Assembly (NCBI GenBank): GCA_043801585.1
Contig: JAZDLX010000036.1
Location: 1-19,451, forward strand
Origin: a bacterium
GTDB lineage: Bacteria; Electryoneota; Electryoneia; Electryoneales; Electryoneaceae
DNA: 19,451 bases
Direction of reading: 5' to 3'
Below, piece after piece: positions 18,533 to 19,451 of the stretch (within the stretch, counting starts at the first letter, position 1; the number at the start of each line of letters is the position of its first letter). The notes below the pieces were generated by a model that did no database searches, was not told where the DNA came from, and saw only the letters and a program-made list of their open reading frames with translations. Both the position numbers and the translations under genes were made by a program.

Positions 18533-18618
18533 TATTGATCCTTCCATTATTAGCCCGGGATAGAATCGTATTAGATGTTTTCTGTAATGAGGCTACACGC
18601 ATCATCGCTTCGTCGAGA

Positions 18619-18908
18619 CTAGTGAACCGAATCACCTGTTTCGAGTTATCTGCCATCTTTTCCACCGTCAGGTTTACGTTTCCAAACCAATCCCGATGGT
18701 TTCCGACGGATCAGGATGGGTCGGGACATGCGCCAGGGATCCGGCGGAACAGCGAATGGCCGCTTGCCTGACCAGGAGCTTGCAGGAAAATGTACCAGGT
18801 ACTTTTTTTCTGTTCAGGATCATTGTTCGACCTCGCATGTGAAAAAGGTACCTGGTACATTTTCCTGCTCTCTGGTAACGCCCGGAAACATGTGAACCAG
18901 TCCACTAG
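18619..18908. mobile_element. Decayed MITE-like insertion A bounded by CTAG
   Basis: CTAG at 18619-18622 and 18905-18908. Imperfect inverted repeats TGAACCGAATCACCTGTTTC (18623-18642) / GAAACATGTGAACCAGTCCA (18885-18904) match 15/20. The element separates two collinear mogA fragments. Confidence 0.7.
18782..18868. repeat. Long palindromic (REP/MITE-like) repeat, copy 2
   Basis: Perfect 21-bp inverted repeat 18782-18802 / 18848-18868. The arms are identical to copy 1 and the spacer is related (TCAGG..., CGACCTCGC). Confidence 0.9.
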
Positions 18909-19192
18909 TGTCTATCGCTCAACGACATTCCGCACCGCATCCGGTGTAACCTCCTTGGGAGAACATCCTGTTCCACACACCAGCAACGATCAAGTCGATT
19001 GAATGGCCCCCGCCGAAACAGTGCTACATACCAAAGATTTACAGTATCTTAGCTCACCGCTTCTCAGTCCAGTTCACGCGTTCGCAACACTTTTTAACTA
19101 TCTGTTTCTGGCGGCAAATAGTGGTAAACGAAACGAGGGAAGATGGACGAGCGTGCAGGACTGTGTTACAGATTTACGTCAGGTAACGACAA

Positions 19193-19220
19193 AGGGATTA
19201 TGACATTCGTCATAACCCCT
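19193..19220 (-). terminator. Probable terminator hairpin downstream of tRNA-Lys
   Basis: Minus strand reads AGGGGTTATGAC-GAAT-GTCATAATCCCT (12-bp stem, one G-U pair) followed by TTGTCGTT, starting 11 nt after the tRNA 3' end. Confidence 0.6.
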
Positions 19221-19231
19221 CGTTTTTTCAG

Positions 19232-19304
19232 TGCGCCATCAGGGACTCGAACCCCGAACCAACGGATTAAGAGTCCGCTGCTCTACCAATTGAGCTAATG
19301 GCGC
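19232..19304 (-). tRNA. tRNA-Lys (anticodon CTT)
   Basis: Reverse complement GCGCCAT-TAGCTCAATTGGTAGAGCA-GCGGA CT CTT AA TCCGT-TGGTT-CGGGG TTCGAGT CCCTG-ATGGCGC-A folds as a 73-nt cloverleaf. CCA is not encoded. Confidence 0.97.
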
Positions 19305-19451
19305 AATTCAAAATCTTTTTTAAAGTTCTTTTTACCTCAGGAAGTGCAACAGTTTCTTCGGTCAATCAGAATCCGGCTGTACTTTCCTGATAGAATCTCT
19401 TCACGGATTCTGTCAACCACTCTTGAGAATGTTTGCCGGTAGCAGATACAG

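Larger units (their letters stand above)
18182..18541. mobile_element. Composite MITE-like insertion B with 8-bp target-site duplication
   Basis: Direct repeat TTCCATTA at 18174-18181 and 18542-18549. Imperfect terminal inverted repeats GGGTCAATTCT.../...AGTATTGATCC. Excision restores in-frame SRANNG-ILGQT of the pseudogene. Confidence 0.75.
18047..19023 (-). pseudogene. mogA: Degraded mogA/moaB-family (molybdopterin adenylyltransferase domain) pseudogene in three fragments
   Basis: Minus-strand fragments occur in the correct order: ~19023-18909 GHSIDLIVA/GTGCSPKEVTPDAVRNVVER*, 18618-18542 LDEAMMRVASLQKTSNTILSRANNG, and 18181-18047 GILGQTRIISVSGSKRASVENLEGVLKALSHGLAKLR/DSSDCA. These match the recalled MogA pattern DLIxTxGGTGxxPRDVTPEA...PGLxEAMR...LSRA..GIRG.TLIxxLPGS...ENL. 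Frameshifts and an in-frame TAG (18912-18914) are present. Confidence 0.8.

Noticed and set aside
18037..18771. ORFs 18037..18294 (-), 18459..18665 (-) and 18442..18771 (+) as novel small proteins
   Set aside because: They are chimeras of mogA pseudogene fragments and inserted repeat DNA.
19385..19416. tRNA promoter with TTGACA on the minus strand at 19411-19416
   Set aside because: The -35 is perfect, but there is no good -10 hexamer at 16-18 nt spacing.

Overview
Bacterial, probably diderm, genomic window with four parts. (1) 575-3161 (+): a three-gene sulfur-transfer module made of an exported tandem rhodanese, a YeeE/YedE half-transporter, and a second YeeE/YedE half fused to a rhodanese-like domain that lacks the active-site Cys but ends in a C-terminal Gly-Cys. 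(2) 3546-11678 (+): a complete six-gene reductive pyrimidine catabolism cluster (mmsA-like ALDH, nitrilase-type beta-ureidopropionase, class III aminotransferase, preT, preA, dihydropyrimidinase). (3) 12108-17670 (-): a tripartite RND efflux operon converging on a bidirectional terminator. (4) ~18047-19304: an apparently non-coding stretch that is a dead mogA/moaB-family gene split into three pieces by nested miniature inverted-repeat elements with visible target-site duplications, lying just downstream of tRNA-Lys(CTT). A long palindromic repeat occurs twice (3193-3275 and 18782-18868). All calls come from reading the sequence and recalling family motifs; no database searches were run.
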